Shown here in pieces: positions 25,201 to 38,035 of a stretch of 64,000 nt of DNA (positions within the stretch are counted from its first letter, which is position 1; each line of letters opens with the position of its first letter). Source of the stretch: Tubulanus polymorphus. Taxonomy: Eukaryota; Animalia; Nemertea. The notes beneath the pieces are model-generated. The model was not told where the DNA came from and made no database searches. It saw only the letters and a list, made by a program, of their open reading frames with translations. The stretch covers positions 7,793,122 to 7,857,121 of the forward strand of contig NC_134030.1 in NCBI RefSeq assembly GCF_964204645.1, read 5' to 3'. A program made the position numbers and the translations under genes.

Positions 25201-28200
25201 CTTGTCCGGTCGGATTCAGCCAACCAAAATGCGAAGGTAAAAGAATTATCAAATTCTATAAACGAATCTTCTTACACTATACATGTCTGTCGTAGAGATT
25301 TCCATGTCATTTTTTCCTGCTCTTCGTAGATATCAACGAGTGTTCAAAAAATAACGGCGGATGTCAGCATACTTGTATCAACAACCTTGGCTCGTTTAAA
25401 TGCGCTTGTAAACCAGGCTATCTGCTGCAGTCAGACGGCAAAACATGCATCGGTACGAGTTCAGTTACATCAAACTAGGACACATTATTCAACCACTACC
25501 ATTGTAGCTGTAAACAAGTGATAAAACATACAAATATTCGATAGATGAGGAAAATTATTGTACATTACTGTTAGATATAATGATCCTAATGAAAATATGT
25601 TGTATATCATTTTCGTTATCAGATATAAACGAATGTGACTCGTATAATGGAGGATGCAACCATATTTGTACAAACACGCCTGGTAGTTACGAGTGCTCGT
25701 GCAATTCCGGGTTCCAACTCGATACAGACGAACGAACTTGTCTGGGTACGTAATTTCTCGGGGAGCTACAACGATCTTCCCTCCTATCATGGTTATCACC
25801 ATTATGATGTTTTAAATCAAGTCATGTTAAAAAGTAGCTTCATCACGTAAAACGAGTTTACTTGATGAACCTACTTTTTACATACTAGCAGCGAAAGCTC
25901 GTACCTCAAATATATCTAGTTTCAAATACTATTTCTCTTAACGGTTACCGCTTCAAATATCATTAGATCCCTTTCTTTCTTTCAACTCGACACAGACAAA
26001 CGAACTTGTCTGGGTATATATTTTCTCAGGGATCTGCAACGATCTTTCCTCCTACCATGGCGATTGTGCCATTAAGGGCCCACGTCTTGAAATGCAAAAA
26101 TCCATTCTTTTCAAAACTAATTCTAATCTTTCATTTATCTCAATGTCATGTTTTAAGTATCAGTGTATCTTGATTCATATAGATATCGACGAATGTCTGG
26201 CCGATAACGGAAACTGCGCGCAAATCTGCAACAACAGCATTGGGTCGTACTCGTGTCAGTGTCGGGATGGATATACATTAGACCCGGACGAAAAAGGTTG
26301 TACAGGTAACTATCAACAAAACTCGTGTCGGAAAAAGGGTACAAGGATACCGGCTACGCCCGTAAGCGGGAATCTGAAAAATTATATCTGAAATTATATA
26401 GAAAATGGATTTTGTATTCAATGAATATCCGTGTTCGATAGATATCGACGAATGTTTAGTGGAAAACGGCGGATGTTCCAATACGTGTGTAAATACAAAC
26501 GGATCTTACCACTGCGTCTGTCCAAGCGGCTTCAGGTTAGATGAAACCGAACGCGTATGTCAGGGTGAGTATGCTATTTGAGTTTTAGATTGCTTTTACA
26601 ATCATACACGGAACCAATGTCCTAAAACTTAATTTTCTCGATGATCATTACTCAAAACTGGCGTTTAATCTCTTTGAAAAACGCATTTTCAGATATCGAT
26701 GAGTGTAAAGAATTAAACGGGGGTTGTGCACACGACTGTCGTAATTCTATCGGTTCATACTCGTGTCATTGTCGCACTGGATACCGTCTGAATGATGTTG
26801 ACAGAAGATCATGCGATGGTAGGTGTAAAAATTGTCAAAATATGTCCAGTTTTCTCATAACTGTTAAAGAGGAAAACTTCATAATTGCCTTGAAATGTTG
26901 ATCTGGCGTTTTATCCATAGATGTTTATCTTTCGGCTTGTTTTACCTTAGTCTGAGACGATTGGACAAAATTAATCCAAGCTCCCTCCTCTTTCAATCAT
27001 ATCCTGTCGAAAATCCAATTAGTATCCGTATATGATATTATTATTTGTAAATTGAAAACCTCCTAGATATTGATGAATGCGCTACAGAAAACGGAGGGTG
27101 TAATCAAATCTGCACAAACAGTCGCGGGTCTTACACTTGTTCCTGTAATGAAGGATATATCCTTAGAGACGACCGTACGACATGTGAAGGTACAAAGCCA
27201 TTTACGCATTGATGATATTGATTTAAACTATCAATATATTCTATGAATATGTATGTTCATACGAATCGAAATTAAAAGTTTTGCCAAAAATTTTTTTTCA
27301 GATATAGACGAATGCAAAGTTTTTAACGGTGGCTGTGAACAAATATGCAAAAACCTGCCCGGATCATTCCTTTGTAAATGTCAGCCTGAACTCATCCTTA
27401 GCGAAGATAAGCAGACTTGTGTTGGTAAGTTGGTCAAAAATGTCTTGTGCAAAAAAAACTGAAACAAACGGTAGTGTGTTCTCTACATTTTATGTTAAAT
27501 CTTTTTAGAAAAGGATTTTTGCGCTGATAATAACGGTGGATGTCAACATACCTGTACCCGCATAAGTGGAGGACGTACGTGTTCCTGTAATATAGGCTAC
27601 GAGCTGCAACCTGATGCCAAAACATGTTCAGGTGAGAATAGTAGCCATTTACTTTCTTTGCATATCGGAAAAATGTTCACGTCTCAAGTGGTCACGATGT
27701 CCCTGGGTCCAGTTCCACAGTTCCGAGTTAAGCTTTAACTCCGAGTAAACTCATCGAAAATGAACTAGCTCCAATTCCTTTTTTGACCTATTACTATCTA
27801 AAATAACGTTTATTCTTGTACATTTACCAGACAAGAACGAATGTTTAGAAGAAAATGGCGGTTGCTCTGACGTATGCATTAACAAAGACGGCTCATATCA
27901 ATGCCAATGTAAAAATGGCTTTGCTCTTGACGATGACAAGAGGACATGTAAAGGTATGTATTTCGCTCGATCATAATCATTGTGACGTATATTGCCAACT
28001 TTCCTGATTATTCACTACGGTTACAGATGTCGACGAATGTTTGACTGGTAATGGTGGTTGCACCCAGCAGTGTGAAAATACAGTCGGTTCGTTCAAATGT
28101 AGCTGTCGCAAAGGTTTCCACTTGAAAGGGACATCTGATTGTGAAGGTAAATGAAGTATTTAACTATGATTTCGTATTGTATCTAGGGAAACATGTAGAT

Positions 28201-31200
28201 AGTGTTAAAGGTGTTTATTACTATCCCGCTCGAAAATCCTGAACGCATTTCCGCGATGCTCAGTGCTTTTGATACTCTTTCCATACAGATATAAATGAAT
28301 GTCTCGTCAATCTGGGTTCTTGTGAAGAACAGTGCACGAATACGGTGGGAAGTTATATTTGTAGTTGTTCAGGAAATAAGACACTGGACTCAAACGGTAG
28401 AACCTGTTCAGGTAAGAAAGATCGATGTGGTTGATAATCATTTATTTTCATTCATCCGTTATTGATTCATTAGTGCAGGAACGATTACAATTATAACATA
28501 ATTAGTAGTGGAATGTATGAAGATGTTGACACCTTGTGACATTGCAATGAACGTTTATTATAGATGGAGATGCTTGCATTGGGGTCACTGTGTGCCAGCA
28601 TAAGTGTGTTTCCGAACATGGAAAATGGCACTGCGATTGTAATGAAGGTTATCAACTCAATACTGCTGACCAAAAATCATGTTCCGGTAAGACATTCCTG
28701 TAAGTCCATTAATTGATATCAACATAGACATCTTAATAAATCCCTTAATCATTATTGTATGTTTTGTATTGAAGACATAAATGAATGCGCGACCAACAAT
28801 GGGAACTGCAGTGAACTTTGTATAAACGAACCTGGCAGCTTTAGGTGTGACTGTAACATAACAGGGCAACAACTTAATCCCGATAAACGGACATGTAAAG
28901 GTAAGACATATTCAAATCGAATTGCTTAGGACGTTTCTTCTATTCTATTGTTAGCATGTATTCGTTTCGATTCCATGGCTCCCAATTCATTAATCTAATA
29001 TGCATGTTAAATTATCAATAATTGTTTCAGATCTCTGCAATCCGAATCCTTGTCTTCACAAAGGCGTATGCACTATTGCCGAAGACACATTCAATTGTAG
29101 CTGCCCAACTGGTTTCACTGGTACTACATGTCACCGAGGGTTGGTGACCGTAGATATGCCTGATGTTGTAAACAGCGATACTCCAAGTCAAATGATCGTT
29201 CACGCTAAGCCGAATAAACAGTTAATCGTTAGACCTGTTGGAAAGAATCTGATATTTTCACCAATTGAAGCTGTAATCAAATACCCCAAAACCTCGGCCA
29301 TATTCAACGTCATGTCAAAGGCGCAAGGGAAGCATCCGCTGGATTTGATTCTCTCCGGAATAGACTCACCGATATTTGGACTCGCTCCTGGGTTAGGAGA
29401 GCTGGTACTTCTTGCAGGCGATGTTTTTACACGCTTACGACTTCCGAGAAAAACTCTACCCAAAGGATGCTTTAAGATCGACATAGCAAAGTGTCCAGAT
29501 GGCACGAAAAAACTGACATTTTCCCTGTCCTCAAGTTCACCGTGGTATCGTCTGAAATCGAATCCTAACGTATTGTTTACATTCGGAATCGTGTTTGCCG
29601 AAAGCGGAAAATTAGCAATACCAGTATCATTAATCGGTCTACAAGTAGACGAATCGAACAACGGATTCAAAATGGCATTTGCTAGTTCGAATCTGAAAGC
29701 AGACGATGGCCATGAAGTACCGGTACCCGACAGAGAAAACTGCTTAGAGATCCCACTGTCTTCGAAGGATATTCGCGAGCTCATGTACAGCAATGCGTTT
29801 GCTCGACAGTATTTGTTGTCGCTGTACGAACACCTGCCAGCTTGGATACGTCTGACAGAGAAAGACATGCCTCTTTTGACAGTCGCTGATATGAAAGCAG
29901 ACCTCATGCTCGGCAAAGACACACAGAAGCTGTTATCTTGTCAAGGGGCCCCAATCCACGATGATCGCTACTACAGCGTTTTCCAATTCCAATCTGGTGC
30001 TTCGATGTCCATTCTGAACAAAACAGTGAATCTTTTTTCACCATTGAAAGGCAAGAAATTTTGTCTTATTGTCGACATATGCAAAGATGCCGCCCGCACC
30101 GTGGTACTAATGCTTCCACCAGGATCGCGTGATATCTTAGACGGCCTTGATATAACTAACGGATTGAAAATCAAGGTCAAAGGAATTGGCCTCAGTCTGA
30201 CGAGAGACTTAGCGGTGCGACTTCGACCTAAGAGTGTTCGAGTTTGGACCGGTGATGAAATAATTCCTTATCCGTAAGATTTTTTTTTGTTATGACCAGT
30301 CTTATTAGTATTTTCGCCCTATTACAAAATTTTCACAGAGGCTTTCTCTATGCACACTTTCAGTGTTGATCCATCTGCTAGCCTTTGGTTGGCCGGAGAA
30401 TTCATCTATCAGAGAAATGAGTCCTCTACGCAAATCGCAGCAAATGCCGACAGCCAATTTTACGCCGTGATACCATCGCCTAAAACAGTACGTGAAACCT
30501 CTCCTCTGATTTATCAATACATTATAGCATTATATTCAATTACATTCAATATAATATCATATTCTTTCGTAGCTTCTGACGCACGTGTTTTTACAAGAAT
30601 GGCACAGCTATCTAAAACTCGACGCCGTACTGAACGTGACTGTGAATTTCAAGCTGTTTGAAAAACCTCGCTCGCTGCATTTCCCATCAGCTGCTGTACT
30701 CGACTCATCGATGTACGCCTCGATCGGTGGTATGTAGAATGAGACGTTCTAAGATGATCGGAGATGAGTTGTTTATTGAATCAATAATGACTCATATAAC
30801 TTCTATCGTCTACTTCTGTTTCAGGGCTGGCTGAGAGAAAGATGTGCGCCCCCAGAGCCAATCCTTCGGGCATTTTCTTCGCCATGGAACTTGAAGTGAA
30901 CCCCTTCAGTTTCATTCCAGTCATCGGGGAGTTTGCCGTCACCAATCGCCACATCGCCTATGCATTTTTAACGTACGATCCTCGTAATGCAATACTGACA
31001 GCAAAACCGATCAACATAGGCCGCGATATCCTCGATCTGAAGACAAGAGCATCGCGTATAGCGAAGTCCATTAAAGACCACGCCAAACAACTGGTGGCTG
31101 AAGCGACCGCTGCTGGAAAACAGTTCTACGACAAATTTGAGAACCATGTCGATATGCTAGAGGCAAATCTATCGAAAATGGTGGAAGAAATCAGTTTTTT

Positions 31201-34200
31201 CAATCTGCCTAAGCTTAGTGATGCACTTGCCTTAATCCGTCAATTTGTGAAGGACGTGGAGTTATCGTTTGAACATTTCACGGATGCACTTAAGATGCCG
31301 ATCAAAACGGCTATAGAAGGTGTCATCAATTCGATCAAATGGGAAGTAGCAGACGTTAAGTACAAAGTTGAAATGTTGCAGAGGAGAATCATGCAGCAGG
31401 TGACCGACGTGGTGAACAAAAAGTCTGGCTGGGGTTTGAAATATCGAACAACAATCGAAGTGTTCAGTATTGAATTTGGGGCGATGGATTTAGAAGTGGT
31501 GTACTCGACGAATTTCCTCGGTGAATGCAGCCGTTACAAAAGAGTCTACGAGCTTCTGAAAGGTGAACCAGCACTACGAGGTCTCGCCATATTCCACATT
31601 AGATTACAGATATATTGGTGGCTTAGTGTAAATGTTGGTGGCGGTTTTGAATTGGCGATGGGAACTGAAAGTAAAAATTTCATCATCCGTTTCGCCGGTC
31701 GTTTGAAAATATTTGAAGTGATCCGCTCAGAAGTAGACGTGTACATCAGTAAGGCTGGGCTCACCACTGGTGCAGAATTGAAAGCATGGGATCTGTTTCG
31801 AGTTCGGTTGATCATCAGTTCTACGGTAAATGTTCCATGGAAGAAGATAAATGTAAGAGCTGAAGTCTGGTTTTTGCCCGGTGGCGACAACTCCTTCGAA
31901 GGAAGTCTTTCTGAGGCGATAATCGACGTTGCTAAAAGGATTGGAAATGAAGCTAACAAGAGATTGACACAGGCGCAAGAAATCTTCGATATAGCGGTTG
32001 CGAAGTTGTCCAAAGCTCAGAAATGGCTCGATAAGAAAAAAGCCGAAATGGATAAAGCGAAGAAAGTGTTCGATTCTGCCGTTAACGAATTGAAACGACT
32101 TGAACGGAAAGTTGAAGATCTGAAGCGACCGTTTGAGAAAGCCATGTCTAAGCTTGAGAGTGCACAGAATAAAGTGAATAGGATTTGCCGAATCAGGAGT
32201 TGTAAGCGGATCTGTATTCCAGGATTTAAATGTCGCAAAAAGTGCATTAAGAAGTGGAGAATCAGAATTTGTTATCCAAGATGTTCTAAAAGTAGCTGTA
32301 TGATAAGCATTCCGAATGTAGTGTGTTTAACGGCTAATGCAGCCTGCAGAGTCGTCCGGAAAGCAGCCTACCTTGCACTGGGCGTAGCGAAACTTACCGT
32401 TCGTGGAATTATAGGCACCATGGACGTCGCAAGAGCTGGAGTACGCGTTACTGCTTTTGCCGTAGACAAGTCCAGAGTTATAGTAGATGTAGCTAAACTT
32501 CCGTTAGATCTGGCAAAAGTGTCGCTAGAAGCAGTCAAAGTTTCGTTCAAAGCGAGTAAAGTTGCACTTGAAGGCGTAAAAGAGGTTGTTAAAGGCGCTA
32601 TAAAAGTGTTTATATTTATTACGAAGAATCTGCCGATAGACGTGAAAAAATGTGGGTTCTCTGCTCAACTATCCATCATGGACCAGTACGTGTTCGATGT
32701 TTCGTGTGAGTTGAATATCTTTAAAACTGGCTGGCATACAGCAAGATTTCGCGTCAATTTCAAGAATCCAGTTGCGACCATTTGGGAGGCTGCGCGTGGA
32801 ATGGTCAAGGGCCTCGTAAACGTTTTAAAAATCGGAAAACGCCGCAAACGAGATTTGTTATTCCGAGCAAGCATGCAGATAAATCGAGTCCGTCGCAGCG
32901 TTGAAGATGATTCGGGCTTCGAAGATCTTTTGACGAATAAAACTTTACCGTTTACTGACACTGCATTTGATAAGAATACATCGACTGGTAATGAAAAAGC
33001 GGAGGATTTGAAGGCGACGGATTTACGTATTGCTTATTTCAGAAATAGATGCAAACAAGTTACTGAGGTCGATTCGTACCTCTCATCTGTGGTTGCATTC
33101 CTGAACGGAATCTCAAAAGAGATAGTCACTGATCTGGAGAATTCGACAACGCCAACCACGCCGGCACCAACTGATGAGCAACCGACGCAGGCGGTTACTC
33201 TTGAATCACTCGGTATCAACACGACGGAAGCGATAGAAAAATTCAATATGACACGCGAAGAGCTTGATGCTATGCTACAAGAGGCATTGGAAAGTGAAGA
33301 GATAGCGGCTACACAAAATATGTCGGACTCATTAGCATCTGAAACAGGCGATGATCCGAATCAATCGGATAACTATCCGTTACTAGATTCGTGGAAAGCA
33401 GAAATGGAAAACGTGACCAGTGATCGGTATTCGACATCCGTGTGCAAAGGATTCGCCGATTGTGTCTTGGTGAAATTTGGAGAACTGTACGATTTATATT
33501 CTGGAGTTGATTCGCGATTAAAAGATCGAGCAAACCAGGCAAAACTTATCATCCCAGAAGTAGAAGAAATGCTCCTACACTTGCTGAATACAAATCTGAG
33601 CATGACAGTTACTGAAATATACAACTCAACGTCAAAGATCCTCGAGTTTTTGGATGAGTTGAGAGCTACAAATCCATTTTGTGTGGAACCTCCGCAGATC
33701 AAGGTATCTCCTCGTTCTAAGGTAGTTCTTGAGGGTGCACCGTTGGTGTTGAGTTGTCGTGCTTCAGATGGTATTGTCTGGCTCAAAGATGGTATCGTTC
33801 TTAATACAACTGCTGATGATCTGCGTATAGAAAAAGCAAGTACTGACGACACCGGTAATTATCAATGCCAAACTGGTAATATCGTGGCAAATATTACTTC
33901 AGTTGTTGCTGCTGTTACCATAGAAAATCCACCGACTATAACTAGACAACCTCCGGTATCAGTTTCTGTTCCCGAAGGGTTCGAACCTGCAGTGAAACTG
34001 GATTGCGGTCTAACCGGCATACCAAAACCTGCGATAAAATGGTGCATTTCGAATAACGAAGACATTAATCGTCGTTGTATCGAAAGCACTGGCGATCTGG
34101 TCATTAAGAAGCCTTCGTTTAAGGATTCCGGTATGTACTGGTGTGAAGCCCGGAACATTCACGGTAATGTTACTTCAAGAAGATCGACGGTAGTAGTGCG

Positions 34201-35532
34201 AAAAATACTGTTAGGCTCTCCGGCAGCAAAGATGACGTTTGGATACTTCTTGAAGACATCGGGGGCAAGGTGGAAACGATCATTGACCAACGAGCAAATA
34301 TTGCACCGCGCTTTCGCTACGTCGATTATCAGCAACGTAGCCGTGCCAGGCGTCAAACTGGAATTACTAAACAACAACCTTACGATGAGCTACCAACTTC
34401 TTAAGCCGATTCCTGACATGACCGGTAATTCGATAAGTTACGCTAATCTGTCCGTTACATTCGAAAACGCGCGCACGGCGATGCGTTCGGCTATTGACAA
34501 TTTGAGAAAAGCTGTAGAGAATGAAGATGTGACAGCCACGTTTCCACAGAAGACATACGTTGCTGATCGTAGCACACTCGTCATGTCTGACGTATGGACG
34601 TACTGCCGGGCAGGATATGAACAAAGCAATCATCAAGTGTACCTCTGCGGTAGGTAAAATGCATGGTTATCTTCCCATTCCGTATATCCGCTACGTTAGT
34701 TACGATACTTCGCTTATATTAGTGAACGTATTTAAATTGGTCATCTTTTGTTTTTGTAGAGGCGTGCCCCGTCGGGCAGTATCGCGCAGATGAGATGCCA
34801 ACGTGTAGAAAATGCCCCGACGGTACATCCACTAAAGATCAAGCGTCGTCCTCATTAACATCGTGTCAAGGTATACTTAGCCCTAGAGAGAAGCAAAGGT
34901 TTTGATTAAGCTATTAAATGGATAAGAATAATTATGATCCGTGAAATATATCACATTGACGGCTTTTAGTCATCAGTGGAGATATTTGGTGTATATAGTC
35001 AAGATGTTTTGGTACACATTGGAATGAACAAACAATTTCGATTCAGAACTTAACTGTTTCTGTACGTATATCTTTTCAGATCCCAGCAAGATATGTTGTC
35101 CAAATGGATCGGTATGTGCCTGTTATTCCTTCTCTGTAATTATTTTTTTTTCAAAACCAATAGATGAATTTGTATTTCTTTATGTTTCTTTATATAGAAT
35201 ATAGCACTTTACATTGGCCTTGGTTTAGGATTTGGATTGCTGTTAATGTTAACTATTATTGGTAAGCATGATTAGATGCGGTTTATATGACGTATTGTCG
35301 GTGTGATTGCAATCATCACGTTTGAACTGAGAAATTGCACGTAGGATGCTATATAAAGATATTTAATTATACTTTTCCAGGAACTGTGGCGTTTGTACTG
35401 AGGAGACGTCACAACAAAACTCGACATTTGTCATTCACAAACGAAACGCAAGAACAACCGACTATCATGAACAACCCTACGTACGAAGCGACGAACTTCG
35501 AACTTACCGAATCAAAAACAACCGACTTTTAG
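22210..35532 (+). CDS. Large type-I membrane protein (copy 1): SP-EMI-17xEGF-unassigned region-coiled-coil/Cys loop-2xIg-GCC repeat-TM-NPxY, ~2621 aa, 27 coding exons
   Basis: Phase-consistent GT-AG exons: 22210-22277, 23533-23631, 23755-23828, 23922-24014, 24747-24869, 25138-25236, 25330-25452, 25623-25745, 26183-26305, 26442-26564, 26693-26818, 27067-27189, 27302-27424, 27509-27631, 27831-27953, 28027-28146, 28289-28411, 28564-28686, 28775-28900, 29031-30273, 30364-30487, 30573-30729, 30825-34649, 34760-34870, 35080-35111, 35198-35261, 35381-35532 (7866 nt). Signal peptide [23 protein letters not shown]; EMI with CCDGW; DINEC/DIDEC calcium-binding EGFs; [29 protein letters not shown]; tail NNPTY. 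A 5'UTR intron lies at 22050-22200. Confidence 0.88.
29031..30273 (+). CDS. Exon 20 of copy 1: final EGF plus ~380-aa unassigned extracellular domain
   Basis: Open frame 29000-30277, acceptor TTTCAG before 29031, donor GTAAGA at 30274; starts [14 protein letters not shown]. Confidence 0.9.
30825..34649 (+). CDS. Exon 23 of copy 1 (3825 nt): helical and beta-rich region, coiled-coil hairpin with Cys loop, furin sites, two Ig-like domains
   Basis: 1271-aa ORF. Ig motifs LSC..W.KDG...DTGNYQC and LDC...W...DSGMYWC. KRRKR, RVRR and RWKR sites. Confidence 0.92.
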
Positions 35533-35941
35533 TACGATAATCCATGATAAACTCTACATATATTATTCCAGAGTATTTTACACATCGACCAAAGTTTTAT
35601 TTGTACATATTTTAAGTAAACGGATTTGATCTCTAGGAGAAAACATTGTGCTTATTTTCAAATCAGACACTTAGCAGCTCACTTTAATTCGATGGAGCTT
35701 TAAAGACATCAAGTCCAGTAAAGAATTCGTATATACATCATTCGCAATGACATCATACGACTATATACATACCGTAACATTGTACCATCCTGATGAAAAT
35801 ATTTCATTTTCTGTTGTGTATTTATAAGAAATTGTGTGATATGTAAATAAATATATAATTTTTTAGTATCGAAAGCGATATGATTGTTTCGTAGTATGGA
35901 TTTCATTTCACGCCATCCTCGCCATTTCACGTTCCCTTTAT

Positions 35942-36477
35942 TTACGCTGAACATTTTAGGCAACCACATTGCGATGGTTCCATGTAAGAAAATTTAACAT
36001 ATCCAGGAATATTGTTTCCTAGCCTGTCCAAACACCCCTCTAAATTCACTGACCGCTTCACTATCTCGTGTTCACGACAACAGAGGCAACGCTGTGGAAA
36101 TGGAATAAAAGATGATGGATATGTTAAAGGATCATCCATTTTCGGGACACGTATAATCATAGTTTTGTGAGCCGAGAAATTTCCAAGAACGCAGGATTTT
36201 AAAAAAACCATTCATGATTACTTACCTTTCTGAAACCAGAGTGATGAGTAACACTTGGCCAGACCTGTGACACGCAGCGTCCTTCGCACTTTTTTACTGC
36301 CACTGTACCAATACAACTGACCGGAATTTCGACGCCGTTTTGCGGATGCATGATTATTTTCGGTACTGAGATCTCGGTGTCCATCAATAGACAGGATCCA
36401 CGTTCACGAGACGCTAGTACCACTCCTACTAACAACACCGACATTGAGCAGACGATTAGCTGAGATACCAATGTCAT
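35942..36477 (-). CDS. pburs: Bursicon beta subunit (partner of bursicon)-like cystine-knot hormone, 133 aa; exons 36477-36226 and 36091-35942
   Basis: Signal peptide, 11 mature Cys, and motif KCEGRCVSQVWPSV...GF.K.C.CCRE...C...EP..C.C.KC matching the bursicon-beta pattern (KCEG.C.SQVQPSV..PTGFLKECYCCRE...EP..CKC.KC). Phase-0 GT-AG intron. Likely 5'UTR intron ~36486-38389. Confidence 0.88.
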
Positions 36478-37819
36478 CGTGGATTCTGTAATATACTAAT
36501 TTTCATCAGTTTAAAGCGGCCCACGAGAATGTAAAAATGATATTATAAAATATATTCGAATACAGTTTGTGTATCCTCAAATTTGCGATATCGATTGTAA
36601 ATCATTGAAATGAGCGAAAAGATAAAACGTTGAATTTAAAGGAAAATATTGTGGAATATTGAATCTATCCACGTGTACGCGTATTGTCAACATGTGTGAC
36701 ATTCATTGGCCGTCAAATTGGTGACTTTCTACTTCAGTTATTCACTCAGGCTTGACGGCCATTATTACACTGTGACACACTGTCTATCGATGATGCGTTA
36801 TTTTTTATGTTCGTTAAATACTCAAACCTAAGACTTATGAATATTGATCTACAAGTTCACGAAGTATTTTTTGTCTTGTGAAACACTTGAATTTAGTCAA
36901 TCTTCCGTTGCGAATCCTATCAAGAAAATATGTACGATATAATTTGAAAAACCATTTGACAACCATAGAGACAGACCATAACAACTCGTTCAACTCGTCC
37001 CCGCTTATGACAATGATTAGTTCTGATACTTAATCCTAATCGCCATGACTTTCATACGCCGAGGACTTGATGTAATTAATGAATAATGTAACAGCGTTCT
37101 ATACTAGTCTACGACTGTTAACCTCAACTGATTTTTCAATCGAGGATTTAGTTTCCCGTTTTAACTTGAAAACCACTCCCTTCTGCAGAAATCCTAGATT
37201 TGTCCTTTGTAAGTGTATCTCGCCTATATTAGATGATAGGTAAAAATGATACTTTAGTAGTTATGTCACCATTGTGTTGATCGCTATCGTATAAAGAGAA
37301 TCGTAACGAGAGAAATCCCACAATAACGAAGCCAAGATTGAACAATTCTATATCAGAATGATTGTATTTGAGGAGCGACGTTCATCATCATTCACGGATA
37401 TTGTGTATCTTCTCGTCTAAAGAGAATCGTTTACTTTCCGTCGTAAATAATTGATTGTAAAACCGAAACGGGCAATTAACAAGTCCACAATGGATATGGT
37501 TACCACAATGGATATGGTTACCGAGTCAGAGGATCTTTTATGGATTCAGCAATTACTTGCAAGGCGCTGCTATTTCACCGTATTTAGCTCGCTAGTTCAT
37601 TTGGTTTTTTTCTTGTATTAGTTTTGTTTACTTCTTAAAACATTTATTTATTGGTGTTCATCATTTTCTTGTCTATGAATAAATAGATGATTTTGGATTT
37701 AGGTATGTGTTCTAAGTTCGCATTCTCCTCGTAAAATTGCCCTTCCAAGTACATTCATGTAAACGATGGAGTACACTGAATTTATTAGTTTCTGACATGA
37801 TATGGACATATCGTTCATT

Positions 37820-38035
37820 GATTTGATTTTATTTTATTTTATTTTCATGTAAAATTTTTACAGAATTAATGGATAAACCAATACATTAAAATTGTAATAA
37901 TATTAGATGAGGGACTGCTTTGAAGCAATAGTTAGCTTATACAAGAAAGCAGCCCTAGAAAAGAAGATATATAAGATGAAATGAAAAAGAGTAGAAAAAC
38001 GACATAATACCGATCATAATACAACGTATTGACAT
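37820..38035 (-). mobile_element. Short LINE 3'-end-like insertion specific to unit 1
   Basis: Absent from the paralogous site at ~53520 (ATCGTTCATT|AAAAGAC); has a (T)TTGA/TTTTA simple-repeat tail and CATT on both sides. Confidence 0.55.

Noticed and set aside
30252-30339. Alternative splice GTGATG (30252) to 30339
   Set aside because: Also in frame, but the 30274 donor (GTAAGA) with the 30364 acceptor has the stronger donor consensus; unresolved without cDNA.
29200-34636. Minus-strand ORFs up to 240 aa
   Set aside because: Antisense shadows of the long coding exons with no recognisable motifs.
34860-35100. CX6CC motif (CQDPSKICC) as in gamma-type retroviral Env or filovirus GP2, suggesting a captured viral fusogen
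   Set aside because: The first Cys is the terminal Cys of the GCC repeat, the motif spans an intron and abuts the TM rather than lying between heptad repeats; probably coincidence.
22210-35532. Naming the gene fibrillin, MEGF6, SCUBE or Draper
   Set aside because: Shared modules only; no TB or CUB domains, and the central cassette fits none of them, so no symbol is assigned.
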